This document shows positions 1 to 12,764 of a DNA stretch of 64,000 bases, one piece after another. The first letter of the stretch is position 1. The number at the start of each line of letters is the position of its first letter. The stretch covers positions 49,695 through 113,694 of the forward strand of contig ADNK01001198.1 in the NCBI GenBank assembly GCA_000320545.1, read 5' to 3'. Under the pieces are notes generated by a model. The model was not told the DNA's origin. It did not search any database and was given only the letters and a program-made list of their open reading frames with translations. A program made the position numbers and the translations under genes. Source of the stretch: Bigelowiella natans CCMP2755. Taxonomy: Eukaryota; Protista; Cercozoa.

Positions 1-348
1 ATACTTTTGAAGAGAGAAGGATCTCCGTTGGCGACTACACAGGCTACGCGCCCTGTCCGATCCATCATCTGAATGAGATAACGAAGAAGATGTAAATTTT
101 GAACTTGATGTATTTGCACCGTTGTTTTTAACCTCTAATTCTCCATTCGTGTGAGTTAGCACCCCAACTAAGAGAGTACGCTCGACACATTGTTCTTGTT
201 CAACTAGATTCTTGATATCCTTCATTGAAAGAAGGCGAAAAGTACGAAGGGATTCGGGAAGAACCCTTTCTTTAAATGCTTGCTGTAAGATCTTGGAACA
301 AATCGCAGCGGCAGGTCCTCCGACCTTACTTTTTAAAGACTCTTCCAT
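1..348 (-). CDS. Hypothetical protein; ORF runs off the left edge
   Basis: Stop-free frame from ATG at 348 to base 1 (MEESLKSKVGGPAAAICSKILQQAFKERVLPESLRTFRLL...). It is not low complexity and has no recognisable motif. The true start is unclear. Confidence 0.3.
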   Translation of the reverse strand, partial: MEESLKSKVGGPAAAICSKILQQAFKERVLPESLRTFRLLSMKDIKNLVEQEQCVERTLLVGVLTHTNGELEVKNNGANTSSSKFTSSSLSHSDDGSDRARSLCSRQRRSFSLQKY

Positions 349-1196
349 GAAGCTCAGGGTAGCGGTAACCTTAACGCCCAGCAGAGCTTTCCTTCCACAT
401 TATTGTATTTTGGACCGGCCGCTGGCGGCATTTCGGTCCAGAAGGCGGGGGGCGGAAGGTCTTCCAAACCCGGGCGCGAAAACTGTGGGCTTGGTTTAGT
501 AGATTTTATCGGAATTACAACAATGTGATGTCGCAGATCAAGAACCACATGAAATTCCACCTTTTTTTTTTACCATGACTATTTGATGTCGTAGAAGTAG
601 AATCCCATCAGTTTGGAGCATCGTCGTTGGTGACTAACCTAACGGTGTCCCTACCCTTTCTTGCTTGAGGTTACCGTACGTCCCTTGCGTGGGGACAGAG
701 GAGTGCAGCACACACACTTGATCCTGAACCTGAGCGAAATGCATCGATATACACCTATTTCGAAGGCTTCACCCTTTCGCAGTCCTTTCTCCCGCTTTGC
801 TGCCACCCTTTCCATCTTCCTCGTATCCTTCCTCCTCATCTTGGACGCCACGGTAGACATATGTGCTGATCAAGAGATTCATCGTGGATGGTGGTTGGAT
901 GGAATGATTTACATTGGTTATATCTTTTCGATTTTAATAGTTGTTGCGCTCTACCTTTGGGATTTTCCCATATAGGTACGCAATAGGAGCTCCTTTCTTC
1001 TTGCTGCAGTTTCAAATGATTCACCCTGTAACGCCGAGACAGCTACTCAGGGGAGGTCTGCCTCTTTCAAGCTTAAATTCAGAATAGTTTTGAATGTAAT
1101 AGTGTTGTACATATGATCTTTTCCTCAGGATCAGAGACGCAACCTTAGTGAACGACTTTGCTGAAAGACGAAGGAGTTCTTCTTTGCAAGTGAATA

Positions 1197-2085
1197 ATGG
1201 GAGGCAGCTGTTACCTAAACCAGCATGCCAAATGTATGATCGCAGTCCCTCACAGCATCACCACCATCATATGGTACTATTTGGCGGTGGAACGAAGGGA
1301 ACATGCTCAAATGATACTGACGCAGGTACACTGGACCAGCCTGTCATCATGTCAAGCACAAATGGATGATGACCTTTTAAAAAATCACATTAATCTGTTA
1401 TCGCATATCAGCAGAGAGCTCCAAAACAACTCAGTCGAAAACTCGCTGGAAATGGAGATGGGGTTATTCTCTTTATCATCATCTTCTTCTTATTCTTATT
1501 TCTGTGATGATGACAAGTCCATAGACGCAACAGCTCCAAATTGAATGATGTGTTACTACTTCTTATAATAGACTCCCCGTGGCGAAGACTACCTTGCACA
1601 TCCTTCCCCCCCTCCTCCTCCTCACTACAAAATGTATCATGGCGGAGACCTTGGCCATTATCAATGGCTTCCAATGTCTCATGGCGACGGCCTTGGCAAT
1701 TTTTATCATCATCGTCAGCATCATCATCACAGCAACATCATCATTCCAGAAGAAGTTTACAAATGGTTCCCGTTTCAAGACTTAAGGCGATCATGCGGAT
1801 TGGTAGAATATTAGTACTATTTTCAATTTTGATTTCTGAATACATGATTATGCGGTAAACAAGTACTGTGCTCCTGATACAAATGTAACTCATTATGATT
1901 TAAATGCTGCTGCCTGCACTCCTCTGCAGCGGGTTATATGACACCCTCAAGTGCCAGCATGGTATTTCGGGTGGTGGTTTCTATTGGATGCATCATGGGA
2001 GTCAAGGTAATTGTGGTTGTAGTGCTAGTAGAAGTAGTAGCGATCAATAATTAGTTCCTAAGTACATCATCTGACGACAAGAAAT

Positions 2086-2121
<36 letters not shown>

Positions 2122-2162
2122 ATCAGTTGGTGTCCACCGGAACCCCTTTGATTCTAAAGGAG

Positions 2163-2195
<33 letters not shown>

Positions 2196-2438
2196 ACTCG
2201 ATGATGCGTACTCAATCGTGGTGGCAGAATAATGGAGAACAACTTTATTATCATATTTGTTATTTTGTTGCTGCAATGGTCCAATAAAGATGTACCTATG
2301 CTCTTCTTCTTCTTCTTCTTCTTCTTCTTCTTCTTCCGTCGTAGTGATTAAAATGGTTTTGTCTTCTTTTAATATCCAATTATCTCTTAGATTTTCGTTG
2401 TTCTTTGTACGCTTTCTTACTGCTCTAAAGCAACTCAA

Positions 2439-2473
<35 letters not shown>

Positions 2474-2856
2474 ACGATAATATTACTTATTATTATCTCA
2501 AATGATGAATACCAGGTTATCGATGCAATGGAGTATGACGACATGGTACTACTGCTACTAGTAGTGTTGTTGTTGGTGGTGTGTTTGTCATTGGAAGGAG
2601 GGGGGGGAGGGAGGAGATTGGGAACATGAGGAGGATTCAGAGCAGCACAGTAAATGCATTGATTCTCAACATGCTGCGGCCCTTCATATTATAATTTGTT
2701 AAAACAACTAATTGTTTTTGTTGTTGTTGTTGTTGTTGTTGTGGTTGTGATAATACAAAGGGCGCCCCTTTGTACCTGTTTTTGTTCCTTGCAATGTCTC
2801 GAATAGGAGCAGAAGTATTGAAAGAAGTTCAGGTAGTAGTAGTAGTAGTAGAAGTA

Positions 2857-2899
<43 letters not shown>

Positions 2900-3467
2900 G
2901 GTTAGGGTATGTCCATCAAAGCTGCCTGGTTTCTTGCTGTACCACCACCTTCTAATCATGAATCCTGCTATAGTGAGAATCTAAAATAAATATAACGGTG
3001 ATTCTTAATTTTAGGGTTTGTTATTGAGTAGTGAGTGAAAATATGCTGTGTGTTATTAACTAGTCGTTGTCCTACGACAAAGTTCTTAAGGATGCAACCA
3101 GAAAGATGCAGCTTGATGTACGTCATTGTAGTTGTATATTGCTACTTGTACTACTTCCGCTACTACTCCTACTACTACTACTACTACTACTACTACTATC
3201 CACATGAGGAAGAAAAAGAGGATAAATGATGATGATGATGATGATGATGATGACCGTACTTGTTGATGATCGTTGGTTCCACATGATCATACCACAGCAG
3301 CAGCAGCAATGTTTATCTGTGTGGTCCTGTCAATTATTACAATAATTATCCGTTGTTACTGCTGCCGCTACTGCTATGTCGTGGTGGTGGTGGGGGTGGT
3401 TTGCAATTACTACTTGGACAAGTTTACAGATAGAATCACATACATCGGCGTTATAGAAAGCACACGA

Positions 3468-3500
<33 letters not shown>

Positions 3501-5456
3501 AAACTTCTCTTCTTCCTTTACCTCCTCCTCAGGTTTTCTCCCACTTACTCTCCCTCGGCATGCCCTTTCACAGAAATCGTAACGCTGGCAAAATATTAGC
3601 GGATCTTGAGAGAGGGTTGCAATAATCAATACTAACAAGCATCTGATATGAATTTATCTATCCAATGATTCTTCTATGTGTATCGTGATCATCATAATCT
3701 TGTTGTTATAGATATCGGTCTATGCAAGTGCTATTTCGGTTGGTAGTGGTGTATTTCATTCCAACATTCCTTGAATTCGCAATGGTATCCAGAGCTTTGT
3801 TCAAAAGGTAACAATATGTCAAATAATGCACCGATAAAACGAATGATGATGATATCATCGATGCTTTTAAATTGTGAAAGGGGACATCTCATGTTTTGAA
3901 TGTGGTGGTACTGTTGCTGCTAACCCTCCCCCACTTCACCCCCCCTCTTTTGATGCAGGATGGGGCCTAAATTCGGTGCCATGTCCGTTGGAACCATTTT
4001 GGCATACGTTGTAATAATTATCATAATACAAATTGTTCATTATACTATTCATCATAATACAAATTGTTCATTATACTATTAATCGGTGCGGTGATGATGA
4101 TGATGATGATGATGATGAGTATAACAATGTTGTACTAATCAAGGTTTGGATATGATTTCAACTTTTTCTTCATTCTCGAAAATACCCGTCACCTGTTATC
4201 GGTTCTTGATTTAACGAGGTGACATTTAACTTGTTGTTATTGTTGTTGTTGTTGTTGTTGTCGTACAAAGGCTTACACATGCTACGTTTCCGACTTGAGG
4301 TCACAGTATCTTGCGGGGACGATAAAGGTTTCATCGTTTGCTGTTTTCTGCGTGATCATGATAAGTGACATAAAAATAAGGATAAAATAGGGGAGGAGCT
4401 GAATAATAGCAGGGAGAACGTAGTAATAGTAATAGTGGTAGTAGTAGTGAAATTAGTTTCTTGTGTAAATTTGCTACATAACGATAAATTATGGTAGTGA
4501 TGATTGAGATGGTGAATGATGTTGATGGTGGAGCAATAATGAAGTGATATTCTACTGCTTTGACAATCATAACATTGAGTGTAGCTTCCATTGATACTTG
4601 ATATTGAAACTGATTTCTCCCATGATCATCATCATTATCATCATCATTCATCACAGATTAGTCAAGAAACATCCTCAATCAAACACGACGTCCTTATAAA
4701 TCATGAAACGGTTACAGGGTTCAACAACAAGGTGCTAGTACTAACATTACAACTAGTTGAAGTAGAAACATTTATTCATTGTAGATTTTACACACTACTA
4801 TTACTGCTACTACTACTACTACTACTACTACTACTCCTACTCTTAGAAACATGAGATAGGTCGTTTGAATAAGAAGCTTCAGAAGAGGGAGATGGTAACA
4901 CCAGTATTACGACAAATTATATTGAACAATAATGAGAAAGCAAGGAGGAGGAGGAGGGAAGGGGGAGAGAGAGAAGGAAATGGTCTAGCAGTAACATTAC
5001 ATACATACATACATACATGACGATGATGATGACGATGACAGTAGATGATGATATATAATAATATGACAGGTAGCAACACAACAAACGTGGTCACTGTCGG
5101 CTCTCAATCTAGGACAGGAATTGTACGTACAATGATGGACAAATGGATGATGATGATGATGATGATGATACTACTTAGCACTACCAATACTGCTGCTATT
5201 CATTTGTTTTTGAAAACAAAACCAGCCTTTCTCTCCCTATATGTACAAGATTATTTCTTCTTATGTTGGGTATTCATTACTTTGTGCAGCTACTGTCATC
5301 AATACCATCCTCACTCATGATTCATGATTGATCATCTACTTAGAATATACACCGTGGGCACTGTAATGATGCTCCACTGGGTTTCACGTGGGATTCATGA
5401 TGGAAGGCTTACGGTTGTTGTTGTTGTTGTTGTTGATACACCAAAAGAAGAACAAG

Positions 5457-5489
<33 letters not shown>

Positions 5490-6502
5490 TAAATAATCAA
5501 CCAAATAAATCTCGAGTGTAAATTATTTATCATCATTCCAATGAACATGATCATAATTCTAAAGTATCCTTCTTGTTGTTGTTGTTGTTATTCTTGATCT
5601 TGTTGTTAGAGCGGGGACTTGGTACTTGCAAATCACATGCTTGCACAGCTGAATAGACCCCTGGTAGTTATTCTAGCAAAATAAGTACAGTAAGTAGTAA
5701 CAAAGTATCAACTAGGATGGATGATAGCCCTTGCTCATACATACATACATACATACATACATACACCCCCTCAGAATTATGATTTCACGGTGTATTTCAT
5801 CTATAAATAGTAGACAGTATTCGTTTGCACGGTGTATTTCATCTATAAATAGTAGACAGTATTCGTTTGCAGAAAAATATCTTCTGGTATAATACCGACA
5901 TCATCAACATCATCATTCCCCAGGATTTCTTCGGAACACTTTACACGGAATCTAAGAAATCTATTGACGGCCTCAAGGGATTAATCTCACTCCTAGAAAC
6001 AAAGTCATTATCAGATGAGAAGGAGGAGGAGGAGGGGGAGGAGGAGGAGGAGGAGGAGGAGGAGGAGGGGGCTTTTTGAATTATAGGGATATTCCGAAAT
6101 ATATACATTTGTTCATTCGTTCGTTATTGTTGTCCGTTGTCATCATCCATTCGTCGCCTCTCTCAATGAATGATTATTATGATTAATATTAATATTAATT
6201 CATGCTGCAGAATTATCTCTCTTTATCTCAATCATTGTTTACTATTCTTCCATCATCATTATCATCATCATCATCATCATCACCACCACCATCATTCTTA
6301 GGCCACTTGTAAAGCAAAGGCGTAACGCAACAGAACTGCCATCTCCAGTCCGAGGTTGTTGTTGTTGTTGTTGATGATGATGATGATGATGGTAATGAGG
6401 ATGACAGCGATCTTCCAGTTGTGGTATTGATGATAATGTGGAAAAGTGTGAGTAGTTCTTTGGGTGCGATGGATGTATGCTGCTAGATACACCATATACC
6501 AT

Positions 6503-6534
<32 letters not shown>

Positions 6535-6679
6535 ATACACACAGGGGCGATTGAGCTGTCAGATATCTACTTCAAGTAAATATCCGTAGTAGTAGTAGTA
6601 GAAGAAGAAGAAGAAGAAGTTGTTGAAGTTGTTGTTGTTGGGACTATATTTGTTATGATTACATTGGGCAGGTAGCATT

Positions 6680-6710
<31 letters not shown>

Positions 6711-7388
6711 ATATCATCATCACTCCTCCTCCTCCTCCTGCTACTACTACTACTATTACTACTATTACTACCACTACCACTACTACTAGGTATCCTGAAA
6801 ACAACCGCACCGTCCTAAACGGTTTATCACTCTCGATAAAGCCAGGAGAAAAGGTACCAAGTAACTATTCTTCTTCTTATATTGTGTATTTGTTCATTCC
6901 TCTTCTTCGTCTTTCTTCCTCAATACTCACACCTTTAGGTCGCTATCGTCGGGAAAACAGGAGCTGGAAAATCAACGATTTCAGATTTAATTCTCAGGTA
7001 AAATAGAGGAAAGTAGGTTAGCCATTTTCAGTAATTTGTTATTATTATTATTATTGTTGTTGTTGTTGTTGTTGCACGAGATTTGATTATCATTTTCGGT
7101 TTATCATCGTCGTTGGCATCATCGTCATTGTCGCCAGGCATTATGACCCTGAAAGAGGGTCGGTAAAGATTGATGGGGTTGATGTTAAAGACGTTCAACT
7201 GAAAAGCCTAAGAGATGTAGTAGGAGTGGTTTCTCAGGATATGATGCTTTTCAATCAAGATATCAAGTACTACTAGTAGCAGTAGTGGTGGGGGTGGTGG
7301 TAGTGATAGGAAGGGAGGCAATAGAAGAAAAACAAATTGCGACACAATATACAAAAAGATTCATATTTTTTTAAAATGCGTCCTTATT

Positions 7389-7420
<32 letters not shown>

Positions 7421-8258
7421 GATACTACCAGTAATAGTGTGTTGATGAAACTGGTAGTTGTTTAAGTTGTTGTTCCCTTCTTCTTTGTTGTTGTTGCTCT
7501 GCTCCTTTAGGTATAATATACTGTACGGCCGTCCTGATGCTACTGATAGAGAGGTACTATTATTATGCTAGAGAGAGAGATAGAGAGAGAGAGAGAGGTC
7601 TCTTTTCACCCATCTTCTCTCCTCCTCCCCCTTGTGGGCATTGTCAACTGATCATAAAGGTGGAAGATGCTGCTAATCTTGTAGGGCTTGATAAGTCGAT
7701 TCAAAAGGTGGTTGATTGTTGTTCCCCAATTATAATGAATCAACACAACAACTCTGCTGCTAATTGCTGGTGCTGCTGCTGAAACCATCGATCATAATAT
7801 GAGTAGTAGTAGTAGTAGTAGTAGTAGCAGATATGCCAGTGAGAGAAGGTAGAGCAGGAGAAGGAGGAAAATTATGCTAAGGAATTGATCATTACTATGA
7901 TAATACTGATGAGATAATACTTCTTTATTCATCCAGATGGCAAACGGCTACAAGTCCAGGGTTGGGGAGAGGGGTACAAAGTTATCGAAAGGAGAAGTGC
8001 AGGTAGTACTATTTGTCACTACTACTACTACCACTATACATCGAATCGATCAATCAATCAATCAATGAACAAGAAGATGCTGCTGCTGCTGCTGCTGCTC
8101 ACTCGGTGTCGTTATCAGTCACTATTTACCATCAACCTGTATATTTATCGTGTTTTAACATGTTGTTGTTATCTAATAAAATATTATTGATTTATTGCAG
8201 AAAATAGTGATTGCGAGGATGCTACTGAAGAATCCGAAGATTATGATATTTGATGAGG

Positions 8259-8295
<37 letters not shown>

Positions 8296-9585
8296 TATGC
8301 TGTGTGTTTCTGCTGCTGCTAAATGGGATGAGGAGGAGGAGGAGGAGGGGTACGAGTAGAGATTAGTGCAAGAAAAGTATTGATTATTTGATTGGTAGGC
8401 GATCTCGTCTCTAGATGAGGAAACAGGAAATGACATTTTGGGTCAGTTGAAGAAACTAAGCAATGATAAGGTGATGAATGATAACACCATGATGATGATG
8501 ATGATGAGGATGGATGTGTACATCCTTCATCAACCTGATCAAATCTTAACATAAACATAATTATGCAATCGTATGCATTCCTATATATAACCACCTTCTT
8601 ATTTAATCGTGGTTGCAGCGAACGAGTGTGTTTATCACGCATCGTCTGTGGAGTATCGTAGATGTTGTTGATAAAATCATTGTCTTGGAGGATGGAAAGA
8701 TTGTAGAGCAGGTTACTACTATTTCATGTCATGTCCAAACTAAAATAATGAATCTAACTTCTTATCTTTAATTATTATTATTATTTCGTTAAGAGCATGA
8801 TCAACGTTTGAAAACGTAATTTTTGTTGTTTTTTTCTCAGGGTACACATTCATCACTTATGAGGAATAAAGATGGAACATACTCAAATATGTGGAGACAG
8901 CAATTTGAGGTACTTTATTCGAATACGAATGTTGAAACTATCGATTCAGATTTGATTGTTGTTTGGCAGAATACTGATCAAAGTAGTGCATCATCATCGT
9001 CGTCATCATCATCATACACCTCACGTACCAAAACACCGACTAAACATCCAACGTTCGTCCCCACTCGCTCTCCAACTCAACCTCCCACTCCTCTCCAAGA
9101 AATCCTCCTACCCCTCCTCTCACAATCCTCCCACCCCCCCTCCATCTCAACCTCCTACCCCTCCTCCAACAAATCCTCCCACCACCCCTCCATCTCAACC
9201 TCCTACCCCTCCTCCTACAAATCCTCCCACCCCCCCTCCATCTCAACCTCCTACAAATTTTCCTACATTATCTCCAACTGATTCTCTGACTGTTGATGAT
9301 AATACTCATTCCGAAAATCAACCTGCTGATGATAGTGCTGCTGCTGCTGCTATTGGTGCTATTAGATCATCTGAGTATGTCAGCATCGATGATGATGAAC
9401 AAACTACTACTCATGGAGCAAATAATAATAATAATAATAACCATGAATCGGCCGTGGCGCACGGAGCACAGCCCGTTGAAAGTTCTGTTCTGTCGCATAG
9501 TCCGACTAAATCCAGATCAAGAAGTACCTCAAGGAATCGGAGTCAGACTCGCAAGCGAGCTGGAGCAGTCGCAGCTGCATCTTAA
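1197..9585 (+). CDS. ATM1: ATM1/ABCB7-like ABC half-transporter, more than 25 short exons (5' end uncertain)
   Basis: Spliced GT-AG exons give the transmembrane domain RVVVSIGCIMGVK|LVSTGTPLILKE, VFSHLLSLGMPFHRNRNAGKILADLERG, DVLINHETVTGFNNK, SLSALNLGQ, SGDLVLANHMLAQLNRPL|DFFGTLY. The NBD has Walker A GKTGAGKST, Q-loop VSQD, VGERGTKLSKGEVQ, Walker B IMIFDE, AISSLD and H-loop ITHRL. Confidence 0.88.
4020..4080. repeat. 31-bp tandem duplication in an intron
   Basis: atcataatacaaattgttcattatactatt occurs twice back to back. Confidence 0.9.
5786..5869. repeat. 42-bp perfect tandem duplication in an intron
   Basis: cacggtgtatttcatctataaatagtagacagtattcgtttg occurs twice. Confidence 0.95.
9030..9280 (+). 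repeat. Pro/Thr-rich coding repeat (PTPPPT/PPSQ) in the last exon of the ABC gene
   Basis: KTPTKHPTFVPTRSPTQPPTP...NPPTPPPSQPPTPPPTNPPTTPPSQPPTPPPTNPPTPPPSQPPTNFPT. The frame changes near 9090-9125. Confidence 0.75.
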
Positions 9586-9789
9586 TATTGTAAACTATTA
9601 TTTCAGTTTAGGTGAATTCCCTCGTGATAAGTCGAGTGGTGATACAGTGTGGACTAGCCATAGAAATAAAAAAGCTACATTTCATATTTGGCAGACTATA
9701 AAAGTTAATTAAGCATTATAATCGACAGCAGAAATATTTTTATTTAGTACGGTGTTGTGTCTGCAAATGCTTAATTGTTGACAGGCGTA

Positions 9790-10900
9790 ACCATGCTAGC
9801 ATGCTAGCATGTACTCTGTACTGGGTGATGATGTGCAGATCGTCTTACGTGCGCTTGCTCTAGTGCTTGCTAGCTTGCGTCTAGCATTTTACCTCCTCCT
9901 AAGACATAAGACTGATCATGGGTAGAAATAGCTTGTAATAGTGGTGCACGGCAACAGCTACCGTCGTAGTATACTAGCATAGCACCTGCTAGCCTGGGCT
10001 GTGTCAAGCATGCTAGCATGCTAGCATGCACACACATTGCACATGCGATGTGGATGAACAGTATATGTGTGCTAGGCTAGTAGGGTGCGTGCGCGCGTCC
10101 TGTCAGTGCGTCGCAACCTCGCGCGTTCTAGCGTTAATTGCGTAATCATGCGGCTAGAGCTACATGCCAGCATAGCTAGATGATGCCCCTAGACAAGACT
10201 AGTAGAGCTGATGCATGCTGCATTGTGCACCATCACAGGTGTCGCATTACGCAGATGTGGCCACGCACACATAAAAAACACATTCTAGCATTGTTGCTTT
10301 ATTGCTTGGCTACGTATATATGTCTAGATATAATGATGGACATGCAATATGATGTGCACACAGCATGTGTACCACATTGCTGTGTCCATCATTGCACCTA
10401 GACACTTGCGCTGTTCTAGTGCTGCTAATAATGAGGCCATGGTGAGTGCGCCATCGTCAAACAGTCCCCATGCGCAGCACAGCTAAACTAGTACGCCACA
10501 CTACTACCGTGATTCCCATGCTAGCATGGTACTGCTACGCTAGTACGGACGTTCGCCGTCTCATATCTGTACATAGTCGTTGCCATGCCGGCTAGCCGGA
10601 CAACGCAGCAATTATAGACATGTAATATCATATATATAATATATATACTATTACTGTGTCTATTATAGCAATTAATGCAATCTGATTTAAATTTGCTGTG
10701 TGCAGTTTGCTAGTTTGGCCCAACGACAGCACATGCAATAGTTAACAAGGACATACACATCATGCTGGATGATACACGTGATAAAGTCTGTCAAAGCTAA
10801 GTAGACGCATATACATGCTACAGCAGGGTGTTCGCCATAGTAATAGTGTATGCATACATGCTGAACGCATGAGATAAAGGATGATGCCCAAATGATGAAG
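9790..10900. other. CTAG/palindrome-rich intergenic island 1 (convergent: ABC and SEN2)
   Basis: About 25 CTAG by eye. CATGCTAGCATG at 9792, 9800, 10009, 10017 and 10517. CCGGCTAGCCGG at 10588. Confidence 0.85.
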
Positions 10901-10950
10901 ATAGCGTACATATCGTTCTTTGCGACTCCTGAGCTCAACGGAATATTACG

Positions 10951-12275
10951 TCACCTTCTTGAAGGGAACCATTTCTCCACAATCAGAGGCGAAATTGTCC
11001 ATTCAATATTCGTATCTGGCCTGTTTGTTAAATTTGTTGCAGAAACCATCGTATCCTCCTTAACCTCCCTTTTATCATCATTATCTTTATTCTCAGCATT
11101 TCGCCTCCTCTCCTTTCTTTTCACACTTGCGGAATCACAACCGGGCATGGAGTGCCTTGAAGCGATAATTGTATGGCATGGAAGTTCCAGCTTTGACGCC
11201 AATGTTTCGGATGGTGATGATGTGAAACAAAGCATCTGAGACAAGTTATGGATCAAAAAAGGAAACACCCGAACTACTACTTTAATTTATGTTGCATACC
11301 AACTTCTTCGCTGCATTTAGGCTGAGTTGAGTCAATCGTTCGAGTGATGCTAAATTCAAAAGAACCATCTATTAACCGTAATTTTCCTGAAATATTGTCG
11401 AATTATCAACCGATATCGAGGAGCTGGAAACTATCTGTATTCTGCGTCTTTCGGGCTTGATCAAAATCCCGACTGTGGATAATTACGCTGTATGCCGCAT
11501 GTACAATCTCTGGAGAACCCTTAGGTGAAACAAACATGGTCAATTCCTCTTTATTTCAGTATTTTTGGGGCACTGCCTCCTCTTTCAAATGTATGTATTA
11601 CTGTGTACAGCAAATAGTCTGCGCCGAATTTCAGTCCTGATTTCACGATCCAACCACGCGATCTATTGAAATGATGATGTCCCAAAAAGAATACAAGAAA
11701 GAATTACATCTATTTTTCCAAACATATTTTTATAGGGTTAAAAAGGCAAAAAGTAAGACCTGAAGTGGTGGTACACTGCATAGCGTTCAGGAAAGCTTGG
11801 TTCGAGTTTGCAGAACAACTTCCATGTATCAGATGGTTTTAGTCGTTGCCTTTTCTTTATCTCCCGTAATTCCCCATTCATATCATTTCCCTTCTCGTCC
11901 AGCTCGCGGTAAATCTCGAGACAGCGAACGAAGCCACTGAGAAAGAAAGCTTCTTCCTAAAAGTTATTGAGAGGCTGAGTAGGATTATCACGATACTGCC
12001 TTCGTTCTCTATTTCGCACCAGAAGTAAGATAAGGACTTCATTTGGAGTTGAGTGCATGGGCTTGCTCTTCGACAGAGATCCCTAAGGTGTGACTTTGTT
12101 AAGTTGGTCCGTGTTACGCTATTACACTTCGGGGTTAGTGAGTCTTTCACACCTTCCCGAAGATTCCATATGCAAACAGTGAATGTAAGTCCCCCTTGTT
12201 GTGAATCTCCACAGCACGCTTTCGGACCACTCCCTGAAAGAGATGCTTCTTCTGCTGTGCGTCGCCGCTAATCAT
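10951..12275 (-). CDS. SEN2: tRNA-splicing endonuclease catalytic subunit SEN2 (start uncertain)
   Basis: Exons GIFGK|GSLSKSKP...|EEAFFLSGFVRCL...YAVYHHFR|SRGWIVKSGLKFGADYLLY|GSPEIVHAAYSV...|LERLTQLSLNAAKKL|...KWFPSRR*. Catalytic Tyr/His/Lys and the SEN2-type C-terminus are present. Confidence 0.9.
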
Positions 12276-12764
12276 TGAGTTCCCTCCTCCTCCTCCTCCT
12301 CCTCCTCCTCCTTTTCCTTCCCCTCCTTTCCTTCCCTCAATAAGCCATGAATAATGGAGGAGAGAAGGAAGGAACAAATTATTTCCCGCCAGTCTGTTGT
12401 CTATTCGGATAAACCGGCTTCTCTGTTTTCGAAAAGCGACAACAGGAGAATATACATTTCGAACCTGCGACAAATGAATTTAGCGAATATTTGCAAGTGC
12501 GACAAGGAATTAGGGAGTGGCGGCAAACCAACCTGGGCAGCAGCAAGAAAGCACATCATCATTCATCAGCCATTTGCTACCAGGTTCTGTTTCTTGAGGA
12601 GGAAGGGTCATCAAGCAAACAAGGTGGTGGTTCATTGTGATGTGCATGCTATATGGGAGAAAGAAGAAGAAGCACTGGATATCATATGTTATTATTACAC
12701 AAATTGAATTCTCGCAAATGAAGAATTTTGTCGACAAATAATACCACGAAGGCACCACCTCTCA
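12276..12764. promoter_or_regulatory. Putative bidirectional promoter region for SEN2 and CDC7
   Basis: Short head-to-head gap with no CTAG island. Assigned from position only. Confidence 0.45.

Noticed and set aside
600-1030. Coding-like ORFs on both strands
   Set aside because: They are short, interrupted by stops and show no family motif. They could be upstream exons of either neighbour but cannot be supported.
9790-10900. Islands as copies of a transposon, MITE or CRISPR array
   Set aside because: I saw no terminal repeats, target-site duplications, repeat-spacer periodicity or collinear similarity. A very old repeat origin is not excluded.
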